Positions 33,191 to 47,051 of a stretch of DNA of 64,000 nucleotides are shown here, in pieces; positions within the stretch are counted from its first letter, which is position 1; each line of letters starts with the position of its first letter. Origin of the DNA: Podarcis liolepis (taxonomy: Eukaryota); the NCBI GenBank assembly GCA_965112155.1, contig OZ218102.1; one strand, given 5' to 3'. Below the pieces are notes generated by a model. The model did no database searches. It was not told the DNA's origin and saw only the letters and a program-made list of their open reading frames with translations. A program made the translations under genes and the position numbers.

Positions 33191-36100
33191 CCCAGGGATT
33201 TTGACATTTCCCCCAACACACAAACACCCCCTGCACACATACAATGTCAATGTATTTAAATGTATGAAGCTGCCTTAAAATGAGTCAGGCCACAGATTCA
33301 CCTACCACAATATATTTTAATTGGTTGTGGCTCTCTCATGGAGCAAAAGCATCTCTCAGTCAAAAGCACACACAAAAAAGGCAGAATGGGATGCAGCTGT
33401 GATAAGTCAGCAGCCTCAAGCAATTGAGCCTCATGTCCCAGGTTGCCTCTGCTTGCAATCTGGGGAGAGGCTTACTCATGCCAGGGTTTTTCTTGGGCAG
33501 GGGAAAAATGGGGATTGCTTAGGTTCCTGCATGCTATAGAAAAATTGGAACAGCATGTCAGAAAGCCCTGCTTTCTAGCTGGTTCGGGCTTCAGGGAGAG
33601 GGGCTGAAACTGAACCAAAGTGAGCTCTGTTAGCCACGAGCAATTAATAAAGCTAGAGACTACAATTATCCTCAAAGCTATTCCCTCATTAGAATAATTA
33701 TGTTAACTGGTCACTGAGTAGGCAGAGTGATTTATAGAAATCGTGACAGCTTATTAAACATCCAATAGATATCAGGATACCAGCTAGAAAAAAACCTTTT
33801 GCTATAAAAATTATCCCACACGGAAGCGACTACCTAGCTAGCATGCTTTGCATTGTAGTAAAGGCAAGGCATCTTCCATTGGCTTGACATTCACTTTTCT
33901 ATGTGGCAAAGATGGAAAGCCAGAGCTGCACATTCCACAACAAACCTGGGATGCCCCAAAGCATTTTTGGTTGGAAATTACCAATCAAGACTCTAGGTCC
34001 TGGTATTGGTACCCAAAGGTCTATACAGCTTGGGACCAGGATATGTAAGAAATTGCTTCATCCCCTACTACTGTTCACTGCTTTCTGCAGGAGAGGGCAA
34101 CCTACAGACACCATTCTATTGGAAGGTCCATTCCACATGATGTATGGGCAATGCTTTTAACTGTGTGTGTGTGCCTGTGTGTGTGTATAACGGTATTATT
34201 GCAAATCGTTTCAGGGTGTCTTATGGGAGGCAATTCCTAAATAAATACCGGTATATGAAATAAAGTGAATGCAGGAGCTGGAAGCAATTGAAGAAGAGAA
34301 TCAGCAAGAAGAAGGTGCTTAACCCTTGTCCTGCTTTTCTCTTGTCACTCCTCCTGCGACCCAGCAACATTTTATTTTATCTGTATGTAGTTTTTCTGGG
34401 GGGAAAAGCCTGAGGAAATGCAATTCACGCACACATACAGTCTTGCAGCCAATAGTCACAAATGAGGCTCCATGCCTGACAATAAGCCTGGCTGGGTGGG
34501 ATTGCAAGGGCAAACCAGTGAAGCAGGGGAAGGGGTCAAGTGCATTTAAAATGTGTTTGGCGGGTTACTTAAATAAGCTCCACTATAAAGCTCTGCTGAT
34601 CTATATCTTCCAGTCTGGCTAATCTGTTCTGAAAATTGTTCCCATAGTGATACAACACGTTGAAGGATTCCCATCCTCAATCAACTGAGTTGAGGGGGAC
34701 AAGCCAGCAAAAGTTAATTGCGGCATTTGAAAGCAGTGGAATAAGACTTTCTGTGCAGCTCTGCTCAGGTGTAAGCCTTACTTAGGTCAACGAGACCTAC
34801 TTCCAGCTAGGGAAGGGGGGCAAATTCAATTCAGTTCATATTTAAAGACAAATTTGCAATTTGAATTAAATGAGAAACTGACAGAACTGAAGTTGACATG
34901 TCCTTCCAACTACCATAGAAGTATGTATAGGACTGTAGCCTTAGTTGGAACTAAAGTTTCTCTAATTTCAACGGTCTTGTGGGCATTATATCTACATTTT
35001 TTAAAGGCTCTGTTATCTAAAATCTAAATTTTTCTTCTTCTTTTTACAAACTATTAATATTCACAGTATGGCGTCTTAGAGTTTTGAGATAGCCTTACAG
35101 GAAGCATATCTAGCCAATTGCTAGAAAATCATATTCAGCAGCATGAATATAGGCTTGCAAATAGTCAGTTGCCTGTTGGCTTACTATGAGTGAGTACATC
35201 CTCGGGGCAATCAGGCAGGAAGCCTTCTTGTAACTTGGAATAGGAGCAGTATGTTTTGTTCTTCTTCTTGAGGCACATCAGTAGCTAGAAAATGGTTACA
35301 ATATGCATAGGCAGGCAGCGCAGTGAAAAACAAACATTGTGCGTTAGTAGCTTTGCATTCTTGTTTGCAAGGCTGCGTGAAGAGGCCCTGTGCTAAGTGT
35401 ACACCACTTTCTGAGAAATGCCCAGAGAAAACAATTCTGAGAGCAAAGTTCACATATTCAAAAGCAAAACTGCTTCCAATATATTTTAAAATTCAGCTGT
35501 TGTTGTGAATGCATCTCTGCCCATGTATTTTTTTCTCATTAGACCTTGCCTTTCTGCCCCATAATCCTCTCTGGCCTTGTGCCTTGGGAATGCTCCAGAC
35601 TGTCCGATTTATCTCTATAATCTCATGTCACTTCCCAGACATCACCAGCACCCTGCATGAGGGCTTTTTTTCCTTTAAGCCTTGCAGTGGCTATACTGAA
35701 TCCCCTTCCCACCCCCTTCCATTTCTTCTTGGCTAGCTAAGGCGATTCATTGATGAACTGCACCTCCGTCCACAAAGCATAATAATGTATTAATTAGTTG
35801 AGAATTCAGAATGTCCTCTGAAATGATCTGGGTTATTTATTTGTCAATCTGCCACTTGAGATAGGATAAAGCTCACATTTGGTCCAATTGATCACTGAAA
35901 TGCAGGCCCCAGCTGAAGTTTAGCTTTTATATTATAGTCTACATTCAAAGATAATGATGAAACATCCATTCCACGGGCAAGAGATTGGGATACAGCCCGG
36001 GGGGAGGGGCAGTTATTCAGATGCTCACCATTCTCTCAAAAAAAAAACTATGAAAATACACATAAAATAATGGGTTCGTGAAACGATGCGAGTATTTTCA

Positions 36101-37109
36101 TACTTGCCAGTAGACTTGCTAGTGTTGTGTGCCCACAAAAGTGATGCAATTCTACAGAAATCCAACTGAGGCCAGACATGTCTCCTCCCTGTTGAACTTC
36201 AGGTGTTTGACTATCCCAGCAAGCATTTTAAGTAAGTTGCGTTAGGCCTATTTCACATTTCTACCTTTGGTTTTTATCATTTTAAATACCACATCATTTG
36301 ACTGTTGCACTGTTTCACTGATTGTTTTGTAAACTGCTTTGAGTACATTTATAGTAAGAAGTGGCCTATAAATGCCGGAAAGAAAGAAATGAATGAATGA
36401 ACTTTGTGTTGTTTCACACGAAGACACACTGTCCCACCGCCAGTTCTCTACTTCCATTATACCCAAGCTAAAGCGTATCAGAAGTGCAATGCCAATAAAG
36501 CACTGGATATATATACGCGCAGAAATAAAGAAAAAGCCCAACATCATTATAGGCATATTTGCCTTTCACCATGACAGTGTTCCCAAGTACTCTTCTGCAG
36601 AGCAATGAAAGGGATCTAAATGTAAGAGGAAAAAGATGTCCGCTGGGGACTAAACCTGTTTCCATCCTTGATGTCCTGAGCCACTGAGAACCAAGCCTGT
36701 TCCTATTTTCATAACCCCATTTGCACAGGTCCAGTAGTCATGGCCCCACTCAGTGGATGAGACTGGACCCCAAGGAGAGTATGATGCTACACCTGGATGG
36801 TAATACTGATCAGTGCAAAGTGGCTGTGCAGATCTGGCACCTGCAGCAAGCCAGGTCAGGCATTGGCCAAGAGTTCCAGGCCTCAGAAGATCCTCTCACT
36901 GCCCCAACATTGCACCTGGTCACTTACCACAGGGTCTTGTGTGGAAATGCAAGCATGACGCTTGTGAGCCAAACTCAGCTTCCAACCATGGTGGCCAGTT
37001 AGCCACCTGCCTCCACCTGCCTGCCAGAATTGGCCTCCACAGTCACTTATGGACTCACTGTGAAAACCATGTATATGGAAGACAATCTTACTCAGCTATG
37101 AGTGATCGC

Positions 37110-37160
37110 AGAAGAAGAAGAAGAAGAAGAAGAAGAAGAAGAAGAAGAAGAAGAAGAAGA
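37110..37160 (+). repeat. (GAA)n microsatellite
   Basis: Pure trinucleotide run. Confidence 0.95.
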
Positions 37161-37255
37161 CCTCCCCCTGGGCTCTGAGAAAGAGCCATGGGGGTCCTTC
37201 GTATGCATGCTTTGCTGAGGTGGCACAGAAAATGCCTGCATCACTTTAAACTTTG

Positions 37256-37260
<5 letters not shown>

Positions 37261-37304
<44 letters not shown>

Positions 37305-37317
37305 ACGCACGCACGCA
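37261..37317 (+). repeat. (AC)n followed by (ACGC)n
   Basis: Directly visible. Confidence 0.9.
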
Positions 37318-37715
37318 CCCCTAAAAAGTCTGTCTAGCTGCTACAGAAAACTGGTGGCGGGACAAGCATTCTGCTGGCCATCTTGCCCAGAATCCCTGAC
37401 CCAGAAGGTCTCCCCCCCCCCTTTTCACAGAGAAGCCACAGCTCTGTCAGCACTACTGCAGTGGTGAAGAATATTGCAGGGAAAGATAAGAGGGGAAAGT
37501 GGGGTGACAGTGGTGCTGACGCTTCCAAGAGGAATGTTGATTCCAGCAGCTGGGATGTTGAGTCCAGCAGCAATAGAAGATCCTTCAGCTGGACCATGCA
37601 AAGAGACCCACATAGCCACCCAAAACATCAGCCTAGTTCAGAGAGGAATGTTGTAGGTTAAGGAAGACATATCACCCGTAACAAACCCCAAAGCCAGGAG
37701 GAGCCTCTTGAAATG

Positions 37716-37723
37716 CACACACA

Positions 37724-37764
<41 letters not shown>
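37716..37764 (+). repeat. Compound (CA)n(GA)n microsatellite
   Basis: Directly visible. Confidence 0.95.
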
Positions 37765-37770
<6 letters not shown>

Positions 37771-39068
37771 CACCCAGGCACCCACCCATTGTGAGAGACA
37801 CCCAAGGACTCACCAAGAGAGCATGAAACATCACATGAGTGCAAGGCATGATGCCTTTAAGAAAACACTATTCCACTCAGGAATGGCCAGGCTGGACTTC
37901 AGAACCTGCACCAACACATAAGAGTTAGATTAGGTGCAGGCCATTGCTGGAGCAAGTTGAAGGGCTTGGAACTGTCCAAGGTCCTGCAGCCCAAATCTGA
38001 CTGATCGTCTAGCCTGCCCTGCTTCCTCCTCCTCCGATGAACTGCTTCTGAATGATGAACTACTCATGGGATGAAATATGACCATTTCAATTTATTGAGG
38101 TCTTTGTATCATCTTACAAGCCCCTGGCTATGGCCAGAACAGAACAAAATTCCAAGTTTGACGTCTTGACCAGAGTGTGACATGATGGAACTTTGACAAC
38201 TAGGTTTATGTACATATCTAAACAAATTAAGTTTCTTAGTTATTTTCTTACCTGCTCTGTTACATATCTACTTATACAAGTCTGATCCAGCAGGAATGCC
38301 CTTTATGTTTTCTGTAAATGTCATTTAACAATATTATCATGACACCCAAGAGAGTAACACTGAGGGGAGAAGGGAGAATGGAATAATTGCAAAAAGATTA
38401 TCTAGTTCAAATCAGCCTTACTTTTCATCTCTCTTTTTTTATGTTGTTGGTCTCAAAATAGATCCATCATTTGACAAGCATGAAGGAGTGACAGAGGTAA
38501 GTGGATGTCGTGTTCTCAGATGGGTGAACTTCACTTGGTACTCAGTTCAGCACATATTTAATTAATTTGCTCAAGTACTTGCAGAGGCCCGAGAAGGGAA
38601 CTTAAAAAAAATCCAGGCAGTCAGCAGAGATTTACATTTTAATTTATTTTTAATTGGATGCACCATTAGTGGTGCATAAAGAATGCTTTTAAAACCATGT
38701 TCCCCGCCTTTAGTAGTTGGTGGCATAACTAAGGAAACTACACAGCTTAATTCAATCTTATCCTTCAGACTCAATGCATCATTCAGCTAACAAGGAATTT
38801 AAACTATGACTTCGTTCCCCACATAATAAACTTGTGAGTTTATTCCAAAAGCAAACAGGCAGCAAAATGCCATTGGACTGTGGAATAAAATAAAATGCCC
38901 ACTTAGGACAAGATTCTACCAGTACTCTTCTTTGGCATCTCTGTTTTTGCTCTCTGGTGAAACTACAGGTGAAAGATACTATATATAAAAAGGAGAAATG
39001 TTCCTATTTTGCTTGATTTAAAGTGCTATTTATTTCCCTCTACAAAATTACTGATGCTCCATTTGGGG

Positions 39069-39075
39069 ACACACA

Positions 39076-39129
<54 letters not shown>
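39069..39129 (+). repeat. Compound (AC)n(AG)n microsatellite
   Basis: Directly visible. Confidence 0.95.
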
Positions 39130-39132
<3 letters not shown>

Positions 39133-39147
39133 AAATGCATTTTAAAA

Positions 39148-39556
39148 GTCAGGTTCACACATCACAGTAAGCCAAGAAATGGCTTATGGGGACAATTCAA
39201 ACTTGTGGGTGTCCAGCACTCAGGTACTTTGCTACTTCCTCATGCTTTTTACTCTCTTGCTGCACTGAGCTAAGCTAAGGTTAGCTCATCTGAACCCAAG
39301 CTTATGACTGAGCTCTCACATAGCTAACCAGGATCTGTAGCTGAGTACAAACCACAGCTACAGTTTGTGGTTAGTGTGGAGAGGGCTTAACCACAAGACC
39401 AAGATCAGATAACACGTTAAGACAAACCTTAATTTAGCTCATCACAGGAGAAGAAAAGGTTGAAGAGGAACAAAGCCACTGTGAGCTCCTCTTTGGAGTT
39501 CATCCATGCGATTTCAGTAAGCCATAATTTGGCATAGTTGATATGCAAACCAGGCC
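39148..39556. mobile_element. Old, roughly 400-bp quasi-palindromic element (MITE-like)
   Basis: Ends CAGGTTCACACATCA..TAAGCCAA and TTGGCATAGTTGATATGCAAACCAGG are imperfect inverted repeats. Central ACAAACCACAGCTACAGTTTGT. Confidence 0.5.
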
Positions 39557-40939
39557 AATCAGCCTATTGCAAATGTTGGTGTTATACAAATACTCTTTGA
39601 AGTATCGGCATCGCTATTCAGAAGGCACAACTATTGGAATTATGTTCAAGCTATCCAATAAGGTCCCATGTGACAGCAAAAAGAACCCCTGTGCACACAT
39701 AATCAATCTCTTTATTAATTTTGTGCACCCACACATTTGTGCTTAAAATGTAAAAAGTGCTAGTACTTGTGTGTAGCAATTAAAAACTTCACGCTACCTA
39801 CACATAGATTTGAATGTGTGCCTACAAAATCTTCATATTCCCACTGAGTTGCATAATGCTAGCAACTGCATATATAACATCCGGTGCATATATTCTAATT
39901 TGCCAAATGCGAGCACCAATATGCAGAAAAGGACATGTCCAGACATGAGTTTTTGGGTGGTCAGAGAGCAATGCTCAGTAGGAGAGTCCGATGGCATAGG
40001 AAATAAGAAAGTTGACATGGGTCTCAGTAGGCATTTTATAAATGATTCCTTCATCCTTTATTATGTCATGCTGTGGCTCAGATTGGCTGTCCCTCAGAGC
40101 TTCACCCTTTCCTAGGCATGCATGAAAATACCTACTATGTCATCTCTGTGCTTCAGGCAGCTGAGATAAAAAGTGATACATTGGTTAGGCTGCAAGAACT
40201 ACCAATCATGCTCTCTCAGCCTAGCCTTCCTCACAGTCTTGTGAGGATAAAATGGGATAATCTCCCAACTGGGAAGGGGAGGAGGATATGTATTTGAGTA
40301 AGAATAATAAGCTAGAGCAGAAAGCATCATGAACTTGAAGTAAAAGAGGGAAGATAGAAGACCGGGTTAAATTATTTCTGAAAAGTGGATAGGGAAAACT
40401 CGTTTGGGATCATTAAAGCCATACACACAAATTATATCCATATTTATTCAAGACCTTGTCCCCTGCATTTTTAGCCTACCACAGATTCTCAAAAAGGAAC
40501 ATGAATCTGAGTGGCTAGTTAATTCAATAAGTTGTCCCAATTAACAGGCACATCTAGAAACATCCTGAAAGTGAAAGTATTCAACTAAGTTTGTTGAAAC
40601 TTATTTGAATACCACCCTAAGGGTCAGATTCAACTAGACAGTTGTACTTGTGGGAGCCAGAAAAACGAGGCTTTCCCTCTGCCCCCTGCACATACAATCA
40701 GTTCTGGAGGTAAAGAAAAAACCCAGAACAACATGGGGAGCAGGGGGGAGGGAGATTGTTCTGTGCCCACTGATGGAACAATCACCTTGACATGTAGAAT
40801 TCCACACTATTTAACAAAAGGAAAAAAAATCACCTTGCCAGCTAATATAAGTTAAAACGCAGTCACATGCAGGTGTGTACACACACTTTAAAAGAACAGC
40901 AGCAGGTTCATTTCATAACTATTAGAAACCACCAGACCA

Positions 40940-41310
40940 CTAAGAGCCATTCAAAAGACATTAAGAGCTCTCAATATATATTAAATATCAGGGAAGACAA
41001 CCATGTCTTGGCCTGATGCTGGAAAACAATCAAATTCATCATTGGGCAATGTCGGAGGGCAGGTCCTTCTATTGTACTGAGGTACCGCAATAAGAAAGGC
41101 CACCCACATTATCTCAGAAGGTGGAACCCCCAGAGTCAGGTCTCCAATGCTGACTTAAACCAGAGGCCAGGATCTCACAGAGGTAGATAGTCCTTCCAAT
41201 ACTGTGGTCTTAAGCTTTTTAGGAGTTTAATTAATTTGAACCAGCACTGTGAATGGCACCTTGAAACAAATGGGGAGTAGAGTGAGGGTCTTTAATAACT
41301 GGCAAGGCCT
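40940..41310 (-). mobile_element. Highly degraded L2-type fragment
   Basis: TAAGCTTTTTAGGAGTTTAA...ACCAGCACTGTGAATGGCACCTTGAAACAAATGGGGAG.AGAGTGAGG.TCTTTAA parallels the reverse L2 ORF2 region LHWLP..F....FK..L..FK.L. Confidence 0.55.
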
Positions 41311-41547
41311 AAACATATCTAGAAATCCGAAGCCATATTTGGGTGTTCAGTTCCCCTGTATGAATAGCACTGCGTGAGGGAGAACAGAGATGCATTCGCC
41401 AGCCCTCCTCCCTGCCACCCTCCACATGCTTGAGGGTGAACATCTGTAGCAGGGAGCCTGTGGTACTTGTGCACCTCCATGATTTAGAACCACACATTAA
41501 CAGTGTTCAACTATTATCTCATATTATATGACAGTCATTTAAAGATT

Positions 41548-41793
41548 AAGAAGAAGAAGAAGTTTGGATTTGATATCCCGCCTTTCACTCCCCTTCAGGA
41601 GTCTCAAAGCGGCTAACATTCTCCTTTCCCTTCCTCCCCCACAACAAACACTCTGTGAGGTGAGTGGGGCTGAGAGACTTCAAAGAAGTGTGGCTGGCCC
41701 AAGGTCACCCAGCAGCTGCATGTGGAGGAGCGGAGACGCGAACCCGGTTCCCCAGATTACAAGACCTCCACTCTTAACCACTACACCACACTG
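41548..41793 (-). mobile_element. Squam3-like tRNA-derived SINE
   Basis: Nearly identical to 9583-9843, with a (CTT)n tail. Lacks about 6 nt of the 5' end. Confidence 0.9.
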
Positions 41794-43399
41794 AAGGTGA
41801 GGTGGAGCGTCCTAGATCCCTATAGCAGAAATGCCATAGGGCAGAACAGCTTCTGGAATCAATTGTTTAAATAGGAATGGAGCCATCAGAGTGTGGATCC
41901 TCCAATTCTCACCCTTCATACTTGATACCTGCTACATAGAAAATGGCACTGAAAGCCACAGACAGTACTGGAAAAACTAGCATTCTCACTCCTCCTGGCC
42001 TTCTCCTCGAGAACCTAGCACAAAGAATTTGGAGTAGGCTTTCTATCTTGGCAACCAAGGCTTCCAAAAGTGGGATGGAAGCCAAATCAAAATGAACCTA
42101 AGAATTCAGTTTCATACAAAAACAGCTAGAGTTGGGTGGCAACTGACTGCTCCAGCCCTTTGCTCAAAAGGGGAGCTCCGGCTACTGGTCAGTATTTGCC
42201 AAGGTCATCTGAGTCATGACCACCTCCATCAAATGATCCATTATGAGTCTCAAGAAGACGTTAATCATCTTCTATGACCCACATAATTGTCCCTGTGCAG
42301 CTGGACACAGTAAAGTGCAATAAGCAAGGGTGAAAGAATAATAGAGGAAATCTACACCCTTGTACATCAATGTAGGTTGTTACCTAAACTTTTATATGAC
42401 TATATGTATACACTTTTATTGCTTCCTCTCTGGTAAATTTTGTTCAAACAGATCATAATCTTATGAAATTCCTTCCCAACAGAATCATGCTTGGCTCCTT
42501 CGATGTTTGCTTTTAAATAAGCCTTGAATATATATTTTTTATGTTTCTTTGGTTAAAAATAAGATTGAGCTAGATCTTTAAACTGGTTCTGCTTTATGTT
42601 TTTAAAAATTAAGAAATGTAAGAAATTAAGATTTTATTTTTATCCTGCTGCTTCTGGCTAGTTTTAATTTTACAAACAATCTTTTAAAAATATGCATTAA
42701 TTGTAAGCCACTTTCATAAGTCCCCTGTTTTGAAAGACAGCATTTAAATCTTTAAGTAATTAACACAAACTGAAATTTTAATGCAAAAATCTGAGGTAAT
42801 CTCCATTAATGCAAGCATTCAAACATAAAGCAATTATGTTACAGCTTGGGGGGGGGGGTTAAGGAGTCCCTAAACAATACTGGAAACAATAAAGCATTAC
42901 ATTTATTGGACATTTTGATCTACACACTTCAGAGGACACCGTAGTGAATGGTTATGCTACGTTGCATTTTAAAGTGTTATGGTTAATGTGTAGTGCAATC
43001 CTGAATGTGTCAACTAAAAATAAGCCACACTGAGTAAAACTGGGCTTTCTCCCTGGGTGTAAAACTGCAGCCACAGAGTACATTTGTGCCTGTATCATCA
43101 TCTCACTACATCCCTGTGATGTGTCCATACATGAGGCCATGGCAGGCCATCAGTGCTAAATACCACTGAGCAGAATCAATCACCAAAGCTTTTCCAGGAC
43201 TGTATCTCTTCTGGCTGAAGGTGTGTGTTTAAAAGCACCCCCACAAAATAAAATTCCTTCAGATAGAATAATAGCATGTTGGGAAGAAGGCTATAACCAT
43301 TCTCACAAGCACAAATATATTCACAGTGGCTGCCTTACAGTGATGAAACTTGCTGTTAACTTGGTGCTAAACTGTAGGGATTTAAAGGCTATCATAAGG

Positions 43400-43735
43400 A
43401 CCTTCGCCCACATGAACCTACTCAAGTTTAAATATTAATGGTGAAGGCCCTGCTTCCAGTCCCACCATTGGCTAATAACATTGGACTTTTCAGTGGTGGC
43501 CCCACAGTTGTGGAATTCATTTGCAAGGAAATCACCAAGCTCTCTCTCCTCTTACCTTCAGACACACTTGGAAGGCCTCTAAGTTTTGGGAAGCTATTTA
43601 TAACTGAGATGTTTTTACCAGACTCATTAACATTAACCGTTGTGTTTCTAAATGTTTTAATTGTGCTCAAACTGTTTTAATTGTCTTTATGTAGAGGCGT
43701 TTATCTTGAAAAGTGGGGTATGAATGCCTGTCTAA
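43400..43735 (+). mobile_element. Degraded L2-type 3' fragment
   Basis: GAAGGCCCTGCTTCCAGTCCC...TTTCAGTGGTGGCCCCACAGTTGTGGAATTC (FSVVAP.LWN-like), followed by an AT-rich UTR. Confidence 0.55.
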
Positions 43736-44677
43736 ATCCTAATCACCTTATGCCACATAAGAATAATTTGGCTTATTATTTATTTATTTCAAAATATGTA
43801 CAGTATATACCACTGTATCATAAAGATCTATCACAGCAGTTTACCACAACCTAAAAAAAAATAAAACCAAACAATAAAATCATAAAAAATAAATTAAAAA
43901 TAAACGCCACTTTACCATTGTGAGGCTTGTACTCCTAACTGCCTGCACAGACCTGGTGGTACAAACAAGTTTTCAACAGGCATTTGAAAGTCGGCACAAC
44001 TTTTATCAATTTCAACAGAAGCCTCAAATTCAGTAGAAAGTCATTATAAGAACATAAGCTCTCATAAGAACTTCATCATTACAACAAAAACAATGATTTA
44101 TTTTGCTACTTTCCCAATGTCTTTATTATTGGGCGCTCAAAGTAGATACAGGAAAAGTTCTGCCGAAGTTTCTGGGAATCAATGGATACAAAATGAAATT
44201 AATCTAGGAAAGGCCTCTATTTCCACCTGCTGAAAGAGAAAGAAGGGCAATGAATGACCTTTCTATCAACCTTTAATGTAAATTCCAAATGATTCCCCAC
44301 CTTAAAACCCATGAGAAACTAATTTTAGAAGATAAATTATCCATTCACTGACTGGGAAGATTGGAATCGGGGGAATATGCAGGCGACTGGTTCATTCTAA
44401 ATATTACGTCAGGGAATGGTTACAAAATAGACTCTGTGTGAGGTGGGGGCATGGTTAGATAATGCTCTTCCCTTCCCATTTTTTTGGCGGGAGGGGGGCA
44501 ATCCCTTGCTACCACCCACAGCAATTATGTTAAGGGCACATTGAAAGATATGTTTGAAAACAGGTCACTTGTGAGAGGGGATGTCAGATCAAAAATACTG
44601 CTCCATTACCAGTTTCAGAGTACAAATAGCAAGGGATTCTAACCTCTTATCTTTAGCATGTCTTATGCATTTTGTAT

Positions 44678-45030
44678 GGGACGCGGGTGGCACTGTGGGT
44701 TAAACCACAGAGCCTAGGACTTGCCGATCAGAAGGTCGGCGGTTCAAATCCCCGTGACGGGGTGAGCTCCCATTGCTCAGTCCCAGCTCCTGCCAACCTA
44801 GCAGTTTGAAAGCACGTCAAAGTGCAAGTAGATAAATAGGTACCGCTCCGGCGGGAAGGTGAACGGCATTTCCGTGCGCTGCTCTGGTTCGCTAGAAGCG
44901 GCTTAGTCATGCTGGCCACATGACCCGGAAGCTGTACGCCAGCTCCCTCGGCCAATAAAGTGAGATGAACGCCGCAAACCCAGAGTCGGTCACGATTGGA
45001 CCTAATGGTCGGGGGTCCCTTTACCTTTAC
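44678..45030 (+). mobile_element. Sauria SINE, full length
   Basis: Head GGGACGCGGGTGGCACTGTGGG, B box GGTTCAAATCC, (ACCTTT) tail. TSD ATGCATTTTGT at 44665-44675 and 45031-45041. Confidence 0.95.
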
Positions 45031-45616
45031 ATGCATTTTGTGGGGTTCAAAACCATGAAACACCATTCTGACACCAGGACCTGGAAAATAACTTGGCTGT
45101 GAAGCAAAGAACAGATTGCACTGCCAGAACTATAGGGGATTGCGGGACTATCCTTCTGCACGATGCCACCTTTTTAATATTTCATCATAGATGGTCTGTG
45201 GTGGCCTGAATTCTCCAATCTTTCCCCATGCTTCAGTTCTCTATTCGTTTACTGATATACGCAACAGCTTTGTGCTCAGCTTTTGCGATCCACCAGCATG
45301 TGTGCAGTCACATCTCTGTTTGTGGCAATGCAATGGATCTTGGTGGGCTAGCAACATCACTGCAGCAGCCCAAGTGGCTCCACTGAGCCAGCATCTCAGT
45401 CCTTGCACCTCATTCTGCACAGCCATGTGAGATTCAGTAGTGCACAGGACCTGTTCGTGTGCTCTGCTTGCTGCCAATGTCTGTTTTACTTTACGTTATG
45501 GAGGAGTGGGAGAGGACTTCTTTACCCAGCCCCATTTTTGGACATCCTCACTCAGATTGCCTACTTGCATGGTTGAAAGCTCCCCAAATGCATGTATTTA
45601 TTTATTTATATATTTA

Positions 45617-45755
45617 CAGTGCTGGTTTTTCTAGAAAAAGAGGTGCCAGAACTCACCATGAACTCACCTCCCTTGTTCTCTTAGAATGGCAATGGTGCCC
45701 ACCTGAGAGATGCCAAGACTGAGTTCCAGCGAGATCCAGCTGAAAAAAAGCCCTG
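45617..45755. mobile_element. Short hAT-like MITE (copy 2; related to 668-805)
   Basis: CAGTGCTGGTTTTT...AAAAAAAGCCCTG, colinear with 668-805. Confidence 0.72.
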
Positions 45756-45770
45756 TATACATAACATATA

Positions 45771-46029
45771 CTGTATTTTTTGCTCTATAAGACTCACTTT
45801 TTCCCTCCTAAAAAGTAAGGGGAAATGTGTGTGCATCTTATGGAGCGAATGCAGGCTGCACAGCTATCACAGAAGCCAGAACAGCAAGAGGGATCGCTGC
45901 GCAGTGAAAGCAGCAATCCCTCTTGCTGTTCTGGCTTCTGAGATTCAGAATATTTTTTTTCTTGTTTTCCTCCTTCAAAAACTAGGTGCGTTTTGTGGTC
46001 TGGTGCGTCTTATAGAGCGAAAAATACGA
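45771..46029 (-). mobile_element. Tc2-like mariner MITE with a hairpin interior
   Basis: TA-CTGTATTTTTTGCTCTATAAGAC...GTCTTATAGAGCGAAAAATACGA-TA. Ends homologous to 6141-6903 in reverse orientation. Confidence 0.88.
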
Positions 46030-46031
46030 TA

Positions 46032-46059
46032 GTGTGTGTGTGTGTGTGTGTGTGTGTGT
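46032..46059 (+). repeat. (GT)n microsatellite
   Basis: Directly visible, abutting the MITE end. Confidence 0.95.
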
Positions 46060-46915
46060 AACTGTTCCTCAAAACGAACATTTTCCATGACAAAGCCAGC
46101 TGGGCATTTGCTAAGGTAATATTTTGTTGGGGAGGTTTCAAATACTATAGTCCTTCACCCACAGACCGAAGCAAGAGATACATTATATGAAGGCGTTGAT
46201 CATATCCTTTGTCTTTTAATCCGATTCAAATTGCTTGTGCATTCAACACCTGAGCTTTCTAAGCCTAAGAGCTTGCTTTTGTTAAGCATGAAGTCATGAA
46301 AACCATTGCAACGTGGGGTATAAGGTATACAATGATGGCTGGATATCGCAACTTGTGGTGTTGGTGGTGACACGGCAAGCTGACCCAGGATGTTGTTTCA
46401 CTACAAACTGTTTCCAAGCAGAAAGCAATAGGCCCAGCAGGTGCAACTGGCATTTGATGACATTATAGTGTTTAATTTTCTAGACATAAGTACTACATGA
46501 AAGGGTTTGGTAGACAGGCCTGACTTGCCGCTTATCAAGTAATGGATACCATCAATCAATAGCTGCAACATCACTCTCATTAATCAGAGTGGTTCGGTTG
46601 TCTGACAGGAAATGCCATAGAAAGAGTTACACAGGGAAGGGATCACATTATCACCTGCGAGTGTTGACAGTGTCGACTTGGAGCCCTCTTTCGGACAAAA
46701 GGCTTGGTGTCTGAATCCCTAGCAAATGATAACGAATGGGGAAGGGATCTGTCAGCAGACTTCACAGCACCAACAATAGTATTCTACCGTCTAGACTAGA
46801 ATTCAAGCTTGATTTCCGACTGCTGACAAGCTCCATTGCCACCCCTCTCTCTCCCCCCCTTTCCCTACACATTTGGTTTTCTATCTCAATATCAAGAAGC
46901 GAGGCTTTCCCAGAA

Positions 46916-47051
46916 CACTGTTTCTCAAATGTGTGTCCCCAGTTGTTGTTGGACCACAACTCCCATCATCCTTGACCACTGTTCCTGCTAGCTAGGGATG
47001 ATGGGAGTTGTAGTCCAGCAATAGCTGGTGACACAAGTTTGAGAAACATCA
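46916..47051. mobile_element. Palindromic hAT MITE related to 21681-21816
   Basis: TGTTTCTCAAA...TTTGAGAAACA. Core ACAACTCCCATCATCC...GGATGATGGGAGTTGT. More decayed relatives at about 12180-12300, 57070-57160 and 59715-59825. Confidence 0.8.

Noticed and set aside
36130-36150. Partial match to the 3' half of miR-153 (CACAAAAGTGAT)
   Set aside because: The seed half does not match and no precursor hairpin is evident.
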